A stretch of 61,170 bases of DNA, the filler included, from Sphacelaria rigidula (taxonomy: Eukaryota): NCBI GenBank assembly GCA_964200075.2. It is 8 parts of 8 records of this genome, joined end to end, with 100 filler letters (N's around TTAATTAATTAA, not from the genome) between each part and the next. Parts side by side here need not be neighbours in the genome. Positions count along the whole stretch, not along the records: positions 15,320 to 22,878 come from CAXNAA020014337.1; positions 22,979 to 30,537 come from CAXNAA020014338.1; positions 30,638 to 38,196 come from CAXNAA020014339.1; 5 more parts are not named here. One strand, written 5' to 3'. The notes below the pieces were generated by a model. It had not been told where the DNA came from, searched no databases, and saw only the letters and a program-made list of their open reading frames with translations. The stretch's first letter is position 1, and every line of letters begins with the position of its first letter. Below are positions 21,180-33,300 of this stretch, in pieces. The position numbers and the translations under genes are program-made.

Positions 21180-24100
21180 TGAAGCGATCCATTTTGAGAT
21201 GCAACACATACCCTCTATCCTTGCACGGCTCAACACGAACACGTGAGTATGTATATACGGTCAACTTGAATGATGTCATAGAAGTTAGTTAGTGATATTT
21301 ATAGTTTTGTGGTATCTTTATATGTATTTCAATATATAGGGGTATTATACTACGACCACAGGCCCGAAGATATGGCAGCAACGAAGGCAAGCTATGACTC
21401 ATGTTTTTCACTAGCCCACATACCGCCAAAGGTAACGGTAATGTGCTATTCAGCAGTTGACGTTTTGCACTGATAATACTGTGTGCCACAAACCCCTTGT
21501 TCTCTATATAGCTGCTACGTTAATGGGGCTTGCCACGCCTGCAATATTCGCACTGTGCCGACCGTAGTAGTCCATCAACGATACAAGACGGTCTTCTCGA
21601 AAATGAGGTTCAACACTGCGCTGAGGTCGAACCTGCGCTTACACTTCCGCCATTCCCACAAGTAACTTGGGTTAGGAAAGCACTTTCGGCTAGTTAGTGT
21701 ATTTGTGTTGAATGTCAAGCAGGTGTGGCCGGGTGATCTCAATTCCGTGTGCAAGGGTGGCAACTACGATGCCAGCGGAGGAGCAATGGCGGAGAGGAAG
21801 CTCCACGCCCGGGTCCTTTACGTATCTTCGTTCTTCAGCGATTCCCAATCGGTCAGGAGATCGATATCAGGTCACCACCACACACACCGCATTTTTCCAG
21901 CCCTTCCGTCGGCACAACAAGAACGGCAGGCGGTTAGTTGTACAGCCCAAAAAACAAGATGCGGCTTGGCTTGCCGTAATTTGGCTGATGTATCCGTGTC
22001 TTGTCTGTCGCACTGACCAGTGCGAAGATCGATTCCTTTCTGCCTCTCTTCCTGAGCAAGACGTGTCTCTGTGCGTCACAGAGCACGTGCGAGCAATGAC
22101 GGTTGCGACAAGACTCAATGGGTGTTATCATAATAGGTAGCATGTATCACTTGCTGCAAGGGTAACAGTAGAGGTTGAGTTTGGGACCGTGTAGTGTAGA
22201 ACCCACCGCCATAGAGACTTTCTTGGCCTGCCTAGTGAAACAAGATACCTCTGGCGGCGGCCGAGCTGCTGCTGGCGTGGCCCACATGGGGGCTGGCATA
22301 CTGTGAGCTGTGAGCTACGGGGCGCTTCTCTTGGCGTATAGTCAATGCGCACTGTAGGCAAGGGGGTGTTGTCTTCAATATTTTTCATCGTCCTTTACTC
22401 TGCCGAGGCCACCACACAGCTTTTGCCTGAGGTGAGATATGGCTCCACCACGAGCAAGGACATGCTCGTAACATATGGACTACTCGCATTTTCATTTGTG
22501 TCCCATGCCCTCGAGTGCTGACCAAACAAGTCCTGCCTGAGATAGCTTGTGTTTGGTTCCGAGGAACCAAGCTGCAGTCAGCCGAGATGGGTGGCCATAT
22601 TGGTATCTATTATCGTTCTTCTGTTAGTCAGCGTCACACAAGCCAGGGGAAGGACGTGGGGGTACGTCACACGTGCCGAAAAGACACGACTCTGCTGACA
22701 ACAAAAACTACTGCCGGACAAGTATCGTGACATACATGTGTGTGATGTTTAGATGGCCGTGTTGTCGCGACAGGTTCGTTCGTCGATGGTTCCGTCCTGC
22801 GCTCTCCAACAGGGTTTCATGTCCAGAGCAGTAGTCCATTTTCCCCCTTAGGGTGCATGTTGTTGTTTCCCTCTCTGCNNNNNNNNNNNNNNNNNNNNNN
22901 NNNNNNNNNNNNNNNNNNNNNNTTAATTAATTAANNNNNNNNNNNNNNNNNNNNNNNNNNNNNNNNNNNNNNNNNNNNAACACACCCCCAGCCCCCACAG
23001 CAACACCGGAAAAAGAAGAGGGGGCAGGGGGGGGGGGGGGGGGGCGTATGATGTGAAACCACGGGAAGCTTATTTGCCCCCTACATCACGCGCCCTCCCG
23101 TCATCTCTTAAATAAACACTACAAGCAACAACACAATCTACCAATCCATCACGGAGGTCTTCGGCTAGTCTATATCCAAACCTTGCAGCAAGCGACAATC
23201 GCTCCCATGAATAAACCCCACGACCTACTCCTCCAATTTTGAGCCTCTGGAGACGGCAAAATGACAGAGTCAAGAGACGTGGGGGGGGGGGGGGGACATC
23301 CGTTGTGGCGGGAGTACCCGAGCACTACTTTGCGACACACATCACCCGTACTGTAAAGCTCACGGAGATCTCGCTTTGCGGCAAACAAACTCCACCGTTG
23401 GTATGTGCCACCACTGCACGCCTTTTTGCGACACAGATACAACGATGTTGCGGGCCAGCGAAGCGAGGGGCGGGGGCCGGGGGGCGTGGGGGGAAGAGGT
23501 GCCTTTTTGACCACTTTGCAACCCACCCCCAACCTTGTCGGGCACCCTAACGTACTCTATTTCAAACATCAAGCAAGAAAAACATGGCGCCGGTGTGCCC
23601 CTCATGAGCACACTTAAAGCAAAAACGCGAAAAAAAAAATAGGGTTCTACTTCGAAATCCCGCAGTAGCTCCCCTCCACCCTGACGTACTCTATTCCCAA
23701 CCCCCGGCAAGAGAAACAGAGCGCCCATGTGTGCCCGTTATGGGCACACTTGACAGAGCAAAAACGCAAGTCAAGAAAAAAAGGCATATTCCGAAACCGC
23801 GATAGCTCTCGCTCTAGGTGAAAGGGAAATGAAGTGCACACAACCGCATTCCTCCCGTATTTCGATTGCGGTCTCCGTGCCTCCTCCAATAAAACACCTT
23901 CCTCTTGAAATCTGATCGCAGCAGAATCGAATGATTCCTGCATCCCCTTCCCACCCGTGGCGGGAACAATCAAGATGCTTGAATGATTCAACACTGCTCG
24001 CACATCCAAGAACGACACGAGCCACAAAAAAGCGCCCTATCTGTTTTTTCTTGCATGGTTTACACGATTTTTTCCCCCAACCGAAACGATCGTTGGAGAT

Positions 24101-26268
24101 TTGAATGTTCCGCGGGGGGTAACATCCAACGACCACAGTTGTAACACTCATTAGTTTTTCATCGAAACATGAAAACTACCAACACCGCGTCGTCGACGCA
24201 CAAGAATTTATCCACGAACGCACTGCAAATCCTGATGACCAAAGTCTGGCGGCTAGCTCCACCAATTCAATCATCACGCATCTTTCATATGCGCGCGCCA
24301 GGGGAGGGAAGCGGGGAGGGGGTTTTAAGGGGGTAAATAACTCCAGGAAGCACAAACACGAACATCATCCACATCACTATCACGGCGTACAAGCGATAAT
24401 AAGACACTGTGGCGTCGCGACGTGTCCTGGACCACCGTTTCTTCCGCTTGTTTGTCCATAGAGAAAAAAAACTGAGTTTAAACGAAAATGCCACAGCGAG
24501 CATGCTACGGTCACACGCGCTGTGACGTACAGTCAACCTCAAAACTCATTAGTTCACTAAGCTGGTGCTTTGAATACACCAATGCCGCCAACAGACTGGA
24601 AAGGCGCCACACACATGAACTACACATGGGAAATGTTACTGCGTACATGTACGTTGCAGAAACAAAAAAAATGATATACTCATCGTAGTCCGCGAAACCG
24701 TACTGTTACTTTGTTTCGAAACAGGCCCAGTAGATTCGTAGCCAAAGACGCGAGGTGAACCAAATTTCGTCGCAAGATACGGGAGAGGGCACAAAAGCTG
24801 CAAAATCAGCCAAAAGCTAGGAGCCATCGACGCCCGCAAAGACAAGACCTCGGGCTGTGCGCCAGAGCCATTCAGTGATCGGTGCCTATTGGAACTATTT
24901 CAACTGTATGCTGCACAGACAGTAACGTTTCTTTAGCGACCAAGAAACGCATAGGTACGGTACACTACGCGGGCAGTAAATCTAAATCGCACTAAGTAGG
25001 GCACTACTGTAAGTACCCACTATGCCGAACACACGAACATCTATCTGCCTGAATCTAGTCATTCGGTATTTGGGGGACTGCAGAATCTATCATTCGAAAA
25101 AGTTCACATACGCTGACGTATCGAACAATAGTGATGTAAAAATCATGTCATGAAAGTATATTACTCTTTACTGTCTTGTAAGCCATCATGCCTGCACACT
25201 TTTTCAGCCTAACAATCATGGGCATAGAGAGTGCAACAGCCCCTTGCCAGCCTGCCGTCTACACTGCAGTCAACTGAAAAAGCGCGCCGTCGTGCTAACT
25301 CGTCCTGTGCAGAATTTCGGTGACATTAAAATTCACAGTTAAAAGGGACCGATCGATGTTCACCGTGCGTTTTGCGGGGTTTTTAGGGTTCAGGCACGAT
25401 TTCATCTCCACCACGGGAAACACAGAGCGCAGATCAGAGATCTCAAAATTGAACGCACGCAAACGCATACACCAGCACTTCTTGAGGAGAGCATTGAAAC
25501 CATGGGGGAAGGACACGAAACATTCACTAGTGCCCATGATGCACGGAAAGGATGCCCCCAGTGAACACAGGTACCACGTTCGCTCACTCATGTCTCCGAG
25601 TAGAAAAAAAGACATGAAACACCAACCAGCGGCGGGCTGGTGATGGAAGATCGCTGCAAGCAAGGGAAACAAAACACAAACAACAGCCGGTTGAAGCGGG
25701 CCCATTCGTCCCTACATTCAAAACGGAATTGAAACTGTACGCACACACATCGATGTAGAGCGCATACTCAAGAACAGACGAGAAACTACTAGGAGAGCAG
25801 CAGCGCGTTGATCTTCGCCACGGCACAGAACACTAGAGCTTTCATCCGCCAGAAGCCTATTACGGGGGTACATCAACAGCTGATGGCGTTGCATAGCCCA
25901 GGCAGCGAGCGTACTGTGATCGGAGCGTAAGTCGGCAAAGGAAAGCTGAGCCGCTGTACAAAACAAACATATGAAAAGAGAACCAACCAACCAGACGGAT
26001 CGACGTACGTGTCGCGCTCATTATTTCACTTTTGTTTCATGTGTGAAACTCAGCCACGGCGACAACAGCAGGAAGGCAACCAACCCCTCTAATCACTGCT
26101 GTCGTTCACCTTTCTCGTATCAGAGAAAACGCTACAGCTTTCAGCCGTGCTCGCGTGCACCATCCCACAGCTTCATATTGCACAGTCGCGGCACGTATCC
26201 GTTTCCAAGAGCCCTCTCCAAGCCTTTGCCCCCTGCGATCCATCTTCATAACAAGGTTAATGAACACC

Positions 26269-26610
26269 CTATTGACCCCACCCCGCGATCCATTCATCGA
26301 TGAGCATCGATCTCGCGAACTCGCGTAGCTCCGCTGGGGACCAGCATAGCAACGCCCGCCTATCCTCATCTGTCAAGTTATCGTCATCGTTCTCGTAGTA
26401 GTCCGATGGAAGATGGTGTATCACCGTGCTAGACTCGGAAAAGCTGACACGCTTTTGCGGTTTGGGCCTCGTTGGTCTCCGTCGTCGGGCAGTCTGTCGC
26501 TGTCGGTTGCATAGATTCAGTAAGGATGATGTCGCCACGGCGTGTCGCCATGCCACCACCCCGGCTACCGTAGTTGCTATCATAGTCACCACCAACGCTG
26601 CTTCCTTCAT
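26269..26610 (-). CDS. Small protein with an N-terminal hydrophobic segment and a KRVSF (RVxF-type) motif
   Basis: ATG at 26610, then hydrophobic ALVVTMIATTVAGVVAW, a basic stretch, KRVSF, an acidic patch and LCWSPAELREF. Confidence 0.5.
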   Translation of the reverse strand: MKEAALVVTMIATTVAGVVAWRHAVATSSLLNLCNRQRQTARRRRPTRPKPQKRVSFSESSTVIHHLPSDYYENDDDNLTDEDRRALLCWSPAELREFARSMLIDEWIAGWGQ

Positions 26611-26994
26611 GGTAGGATGAAGAATGCGCACCCCTGGCTCAGGGCGTGTCGCTGTGTCAGGCAGCAGGTTTTGATTTGGGCGAAGCTGAGAACGTGCCAG
26701 GTGTCAACCCTCAACACGACGTGTGATTTTGTTCTTCTATTTACTACATTTGGTTTGATCTCGATAGTTCCCGTTGTCATTTGGAAATTCAAACTTGCAA
26801 ACTTGCAAACTTGTTGAAAACTTGCTCTCGGGATCCTGTGTCGCATCTAGGTCGTCCATTTTTCAATCTCGTCTCTTGAAATATAGTTCATTTTACACAC
26901 CAATTCAAATTCGCCTGGCGCAAATAACAAGGCGGAGCCATCAGCGACGCCCGCCGGAGTCCCGGTCAGTGTAGTTGTCGTGAAGTAGATCATC

Positions 26995-27540
26995 ATGGCA
27001 GAAGTGCCACAACAGATACAAACAAAGATGGTACAGCCAGAGAGCGTTGAAAAACCAGTTCCATCACCAGACGATATGTCTCTCTCTTCTCCGACTGCTG
27101 ATGCTGGTTCCCAATCGACCAACAATCCCCAACAACCCAGAGGTCCCGAGCAACAAGGAGGACAAGAGGTAGACACCCAAGGCATCACCACCATCACTAC
27201 CACCGCCACCGTCACCACCGCCGTCACCACCATCGATAAGAACTTAGAAACTGCACTACAGCAAGCCCTTGACTCCCAAGACCTAGGTAAACTATGCAAA
27301 ATTCTGGGCGACAACTACTGCTTGCCAAGTCGCGCACCAACTAGCGTAATACCCGCAGTGGACGATGCCGCCTCAGATACCACTCCCCCAGCCATTGGCG
27401 ACTCCGCAACAGGCAGCGGAGTCGGAGCTAGCGCGGACGATTTTGGCCCAAGCTCGGATGTAGAAAGATTTAGAGGTCATGGCGCTACTGATGCTGCTGT
27501 TTTAGGGAGTAACGTCAAGGAGTTGGCTGAGGCAGTTGGG
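26995..27540 (+). CDS. First coding exon of an unknown protein (low-complexity N-terminus)
   Basis: atcatcATGG start, 182 open codons, then a donor ggg|GTGAGT at 27541. Confidence 0.6.
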
Positions 27541-30060
27541 GTGAGTTCTCGCTACATTCGATCAGCAGTACATGTGTAGAGTTGATGCGTGATTTGGCGC
27601 GAACTATGTTTTCAAATCCCTCCCTGCGCGGTGCTTTCCTCAAGTCGCCTTGTGTCCGATGCGCACCATGTCAGCCGGGCGGCCACGTTGGGGGGAATAG
27701 GTGTTCAGCACACCCACACCCCGTGCGCTCTTGTTTCCATTGGTGGTTCGCGCCGGCAGGTGGTATAATACACTTGCTAGGTGGTGCAGTCACACTTTCA
27801 CCTTTTCCGTTTTCTTCTACTGGACTGTACGTGTACGGGACCTGCTTCGGTCCCACGTCGCAAATCTTGTGACCACTACGTGTACAACTTTTTATTCAAC
27901 CGCAAAGGCTCTCCGGACCACGGCGACTGTATAGTGTTGACCAAATGACTGCACTTGTACTGGCTATTCCGTGTACGGTGCGGTAGACTTCGGCGCCGTA
28001 ATTCGGCATGCAAGGTCAGACCCCTCCATGAGTAGCAGTGCGGATAGTTGTAATGGTTGCAAAGCCTCTGCTTATTTGTGTGGTGACCAATTCCGCTCCC
28101 CCGCCGCCTGCCATGGTCTCGCGGGAATAGAGGACCAATAACGAGCACACCTGAGGGCGATGTCACAAACACGGGAAATGTTCCGAAAAAGATGCCACAG
28201 TACCCTCCGAAACCTGAGTGCTGCTCTCGCGCGTTTGGTTCCATGAGCGATTACACTGGGAAACGCCCGTCACGAAGCGTCTGTCGGCGAGATCAACCTC
28301 CGTGAGTCCCGAGGATTTGTAGGACAGGGTTTGCTCGATCGTGCGTTGTGTCCCGTACACAGCATGACGGACAGCTGACGAAACCGCTGCAACGACCATG
28401 GGCTCACCTGTCCGTTGCGGCGTAGGTCATTGCTCTCTTTCTTTTTTGGTTGGAGACAACGACAACTACCGGTACATCCGCCGACTTAGTGCGGCTGCCA
28501 AGGATATACTTCATGCATTGACAAAAAAGTGTCGATACACCCGAGAGTGTAGATGATTAGTAGTGCCATGTGGACCAGTGACCCCTCTCGATTTCCGAGT
28601 TTCTTCCTGTAGAGAAACGACAACATCCACACGCCGTACAGCTCATGACCTACCTGAAAAAACTATAATAATCGAAGAGGATTCTCAGATCCGTTTTTCC
28701 GAAAACACAAAATACGTGACAGCGGGTCCGAGAAGCCAAAGCGCTAGCTTCGCGGCACTCCGCGTGCTCGACAACCAGCGCCGTTGGGAGCAAATGTGGA
28801 AGAACAGAAAAAAAAAGGCATCAAATGAACTCGCTCGTGATCTGGATCAGTACACTGATAAGGAGTAATATGGAGGTGGCTCTTGAGGTGTCCGTCGCGG
28901 TAAAACTTGGACAATTCATTTCGTACTATCTTGATTTTCTTCCACAGAGCACAAGGGAAGACGTGATGGCATTGCTGAAGAACTCATACCCTCACATGTC
29001 TGGCGCGTTCTACATTGACGCTCCACGTCGTTGGAAACAGTCCGATGCCCTGATTGGACAGTGAGATCTTCAGGACACCAAACGTTCGTTTCCGCAACGA
29101 CTTGTAACCGTAGCGGCGGAATACTGCACAGACTCAATGGATAGGTAGTTTAGCAAATCGTTGTGGGGGGGTGGGGTCGTGGTGCGCGAGGGAGTTCAAA
29201 TTCGATGGGGTGTATCATGAAGCGTACCCCAAGGACCGTTTCACTGGTCTCCGACGGTACGACCACTCGCTTGGAATCAAGAATCAATTGTGGGCGGTTT
29301 GCGTACATTTCCGTAGAATGTAGGATACGGTGTATACGAACCCCGGATGTGATGACTCTCTGCCACCCTCAAATTCATCACTCGGGGGTGATGCCCAGGG
29401 GCGGGTGGGGAAAGGTACTCGTAATCTTGATCGCGCATGCCATAGTCATGAGAACATTGACCTCGCATCCCTACAAAGCCGGGACCGACCACGCCGAGAA
29501 TTCGCCGGACCAGGCTCGCAATCACCAAGCGCAAAATGCCGTGATGTGTGTGTGGGGGGGGGAGGGGGGGTATTATATAGTATGTACTATTGTGTACTGT
29601 AGTACGACAGGTACCAACACAGTGTCAAAAATAGACGAGAACGTATCGCAGGTGGGTGTTATTCAGCGGTTGGTATACTACGTGCGGATCTGCTACACCG
29701 CAGTCTACGATACAACATACAACCTTTTGTGCAACATAGATGAAAACTACTCCGAGCTCTACTAGCACAGAGATGTGATGTCGGTGTCCACTGCCCACCG
29801 CCGCGGGCTGCAAAAGAATCAAGTATTGCTGAAATATTGCTACTCAAGGAGAACGGCATGCACAAGATCCAGGGTGTCCTTCCCACAGCACAGATTCAGT
29901 CCATTACAGTTGGAGGTACGCCGTTTTCAACAACGAGCCCTTAACTAACGTCTGTACGGAATGGACGCCGCGAAATACTGTGCACACGCCCCGCGGTTGA
30001 CGTATTGCAAGATAGACAGAGACCCATCTGTAAAAGAGAACCATGAAAGAAGCAATTCAC

Positions 30061-30377
30061 AGTGTAGCTATTACCTTTCCGCGGCGGTTTGTTTTTTATG
30101 AGTGAGAATGAGAGTGGTTCTGCTCAAGATCTTGTACGTCGAAGCCATGTGGCAGAAACCGGCCATTTATTTCTTTGCTTTTTTTTTGTTGTTGAATTTA
30201 TCTTCCTTTTTCACTTCTTGGTCTACTACGTTGTTCTGCTCTACTTTTTCTGTTTCTTCTCTTTCTTCAGCGAATGTTTCAGTCTTGTTTTGCCTCGGTT
30301 ACGTCCATCATGATACCACGGCTGGATCCCTGGGAGGTCAGTTCAAGTGCGACAATCAAATCATTCAGAAATCAATC
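30061..30377 (+). mobile_element. Retroposon 3'-end family D copy
   Basis: Contains 'accacggctggatccctgggaggtcagttcaagtgcgacaatc'. Confidence 0.8.
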
Positions 30378-33300
30378 AGTACAGACCGAACGATCTGGTC
30401 TCTTATATTTCCATATTTCACACACTCTAGCGTGTTGTCTCCCCCCCCCCCCCCCCCCCCCCTTTCTTCCCTTCGTCCCCCCCCCCTCCCTTCCCCCCCC
30501 CCCTACCACCGCCCCCCCCCCCCCCCCCCCCCCCCCCNNNNNNNNNNNNNNNNNNNNNNNNNNNNNNNNNNNNNNNNNNNNTTAATTAATTAANNNNNNN
30601 NNNNNNNNNNNNNNNNNNNNNNNNNNNNNNNNNNNNNTGTGTGATGTATGGAAGAAATGTTTTGAGCGCCGAAATGTTGGAGGTATCTCTATTAGGAGTA
30701 GGAATGGTGCTCCGTCTCGAAAGGGATGCGTGGTCAATGGTCAAACGGCCAAGGCAAGCAAGAAACAAGTACTCCCTCCCCGCCCCTCCCCCTTCCCCCG
30801 CACTCTGATTTTCGACCTGGAATGATTGATGGCTACAGGCGTGGTGCCATACCCTGTGGGATCGACGAGAAACGACACCCATTATCAAGTGCAGACGAGT
30901 CTGGACCACGATCAATACTCGAGCGTGGCGGCGGAGGGTGTTCATGAAACGACGAGAGCAGGCGTGGCGAAGGGGGGTGCCGAGGGGGACCGTGGCGGGT
31001 ACTGTCAGGTATAGGAATGCTCCGAAGGCATCAACAAGGTTGTGCAGTGGTACCGATATTATCGACACATCCAGCCGGTACAGCGTGGTATACACTATTT
31101 TCTCGTACCGGTAATTTTCCACCTATATCGCCGTTCTACCGTTACTGGCTATGAAGGACCAATGCTGCCCCTGGTGAAGAGTTTGGAGTCAGGTTTTCAG
31201 CACCCTCAGTAGACTCGATAAAACATTGAACGAGAAATACACCGATCTTCAACTGTCGGCCATGACCATAGCTACCGCTGCAAGAACTGTGGCTCGATTT
31301 TACGCCCGTCGCAGCGCACCACCTGACGATCGACATGTTTTTTTCAACCGCTGGCAAAACAGATGCTGAAATCCCACAAACGTGATCGTCATTTTCCGTC
31401 ATTGAATCCAAAACGCGATCGCACGAAACTCACGCCGTACCGCGCGACATATGCGACCACTTTTCACTCGAGTAGGGTATTCAAGCAGCTATCGTTCAAG
31501 GCTACGTTCGTGCTCTTACCCTCGCAGAATGATGTGAGTTTTGCAGCTTGGAGTTTATGTATGATGTTGAAACTCGATGCGCCGGTGCGCATGCTTATTA
31601 ACAACGGCTTACCGCACAAGTTGAGTCATCTCATTACGTGTATGAGGAGATGTGATGAAGTCCGTACCGGGTGTTTGAGTGTAGAAAATGAGCCTAAAAC
31701 GTTTACATAGAGTAACATTATAACCACAGCGGTTTCGCTGTACATGACTTTTCCTGGCGAGTCCAAGCTCCCTGGTTCTCATACTACACCTTCCGTGAAC
31801 ATTTATCGAACTTTACCCATGATGTTTACTTGACGGTAAAAATAACTATATCCGCCAAATCTTTCGCAATTGAACGCCGGTGATTCTATGCCTATATTTG
31901 CTGACTTTGTGAGGTAGGAAGTGATATAGCACGAAAGTAGCAGTCTTCTGCAACATTGCGGATGTGTTCCGCGCAAGGGGGGTATCGGCACCAAAGCAGC
32001 GACAAATTCCGCCCTCCCTCGTCCCTCGCATAGTACATTTCAATGCTTTTTACAACCGATTATACTGATTGCGTGCTGTAGTTTGCTCTGAAAAAGTGAG
32101 AGTCACCTATGCACCGTAGAGCTCGAAAACCCGCGATATCCGTCATTATCTACGCGATAAGCATTAAAAGCGTAACCAAAGATACGTAAACGACCAGCGC
32201 AACGCTGGTACAATCCATATACCGAACAAAGATCGGGCTTTCGCCCACGCTTGGCACCCAAGGGTGCAACCACAGGTATTTCCGCGATTTATCAGCTGCC
32301 CCCATTTACCGACATGTTCTATTTTATGGGTAGATCTTTCTGATCCAGAACCATGTACACCAATCAATGGAAGTTGATATACCTCTCTATTGGAGAAGTG
32401 TGGGCTTGAGAAGCCGCTCCATTTTCTCGCAAGGCCGGAGCGTTCTTGGTTCGAAAATTGTGAGGGAAGCGTATCTTGCAAGAAAAGCGGGGGTAAGATT
32501 GCTGCTTTGACCTTCCGTCTGAACGACTGAGCGCGTACCCCTTTTGTTTTGTATCGTTGGGCCTTGGACGGTGACGTCCTCCTGAACCTCCACACTCTGC
32601 AATGTTTCGTACTCCGCACACTACCTCGCCTACCTCGCGCAAGTCGGAGTCGGAGAAAGCGTCGATGCAGCCACTTTGTGAATATGTGTGTATCCAGGGC
32701 AAAAACGCGATGGGGGAATCGGCTGGCTGGTCCTGTTTTACAAGCAAAGTTTTGAGTTGTGAGTATTCTTGTGTCGGCCGATCCTTCACATGTTGGAGTC
32801 ACACACATAGTACATCCCAACATCCATACATGATACCAACACGGAACGAGTCACAGCAGACCAGTGTTCGTTGCCAATTTCATAGGTTTCTAGTATTCGG
32901 TGCTTGATGCCTATCGGTGGTTTGTAGCGACACTGCAGTAGATATCTACTTTGTGACTCCGGCCGGGTTCGTGATGGATTAAAATATATGCAACAGGCGA
33001 TGAGCCGACTGATGAACCAACCAATCAGGGATTATTCAACGTCATGCCGATCGCATCTCGACGCTCGCTGTGCACCCCTACCTACCGCTGGGTGAATGCC
33101 GATATTAAGATGGGGCGATTTCACAAGTGTATGCAGTATGTCGTACGATATATTCACGGGCTGTCTTTCTGGCAGGTTTTTTTATTACCGCGGGTTAATG
33201 TTTACTTCGCGTATTTTGCCGCTGAGGAATACCTATTGTATCGATTTCCTCTTTGCCCTCATTCAATGTGCTCGAAATTTGCTCAGCGAGGGGTTTCCGT

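Noticed and set aside
30102-30593. Proline-rich ORFs
   Set aside because: They arise from a family D repeat and poly-C runs at a contig end.
32470-32610. piggyBac-like transposase remnant (LYRWALDGDVLLN)
   Set aside because: The resemblance is short and weak, with no catalytic motifs or TTAA-flanked TIRs.
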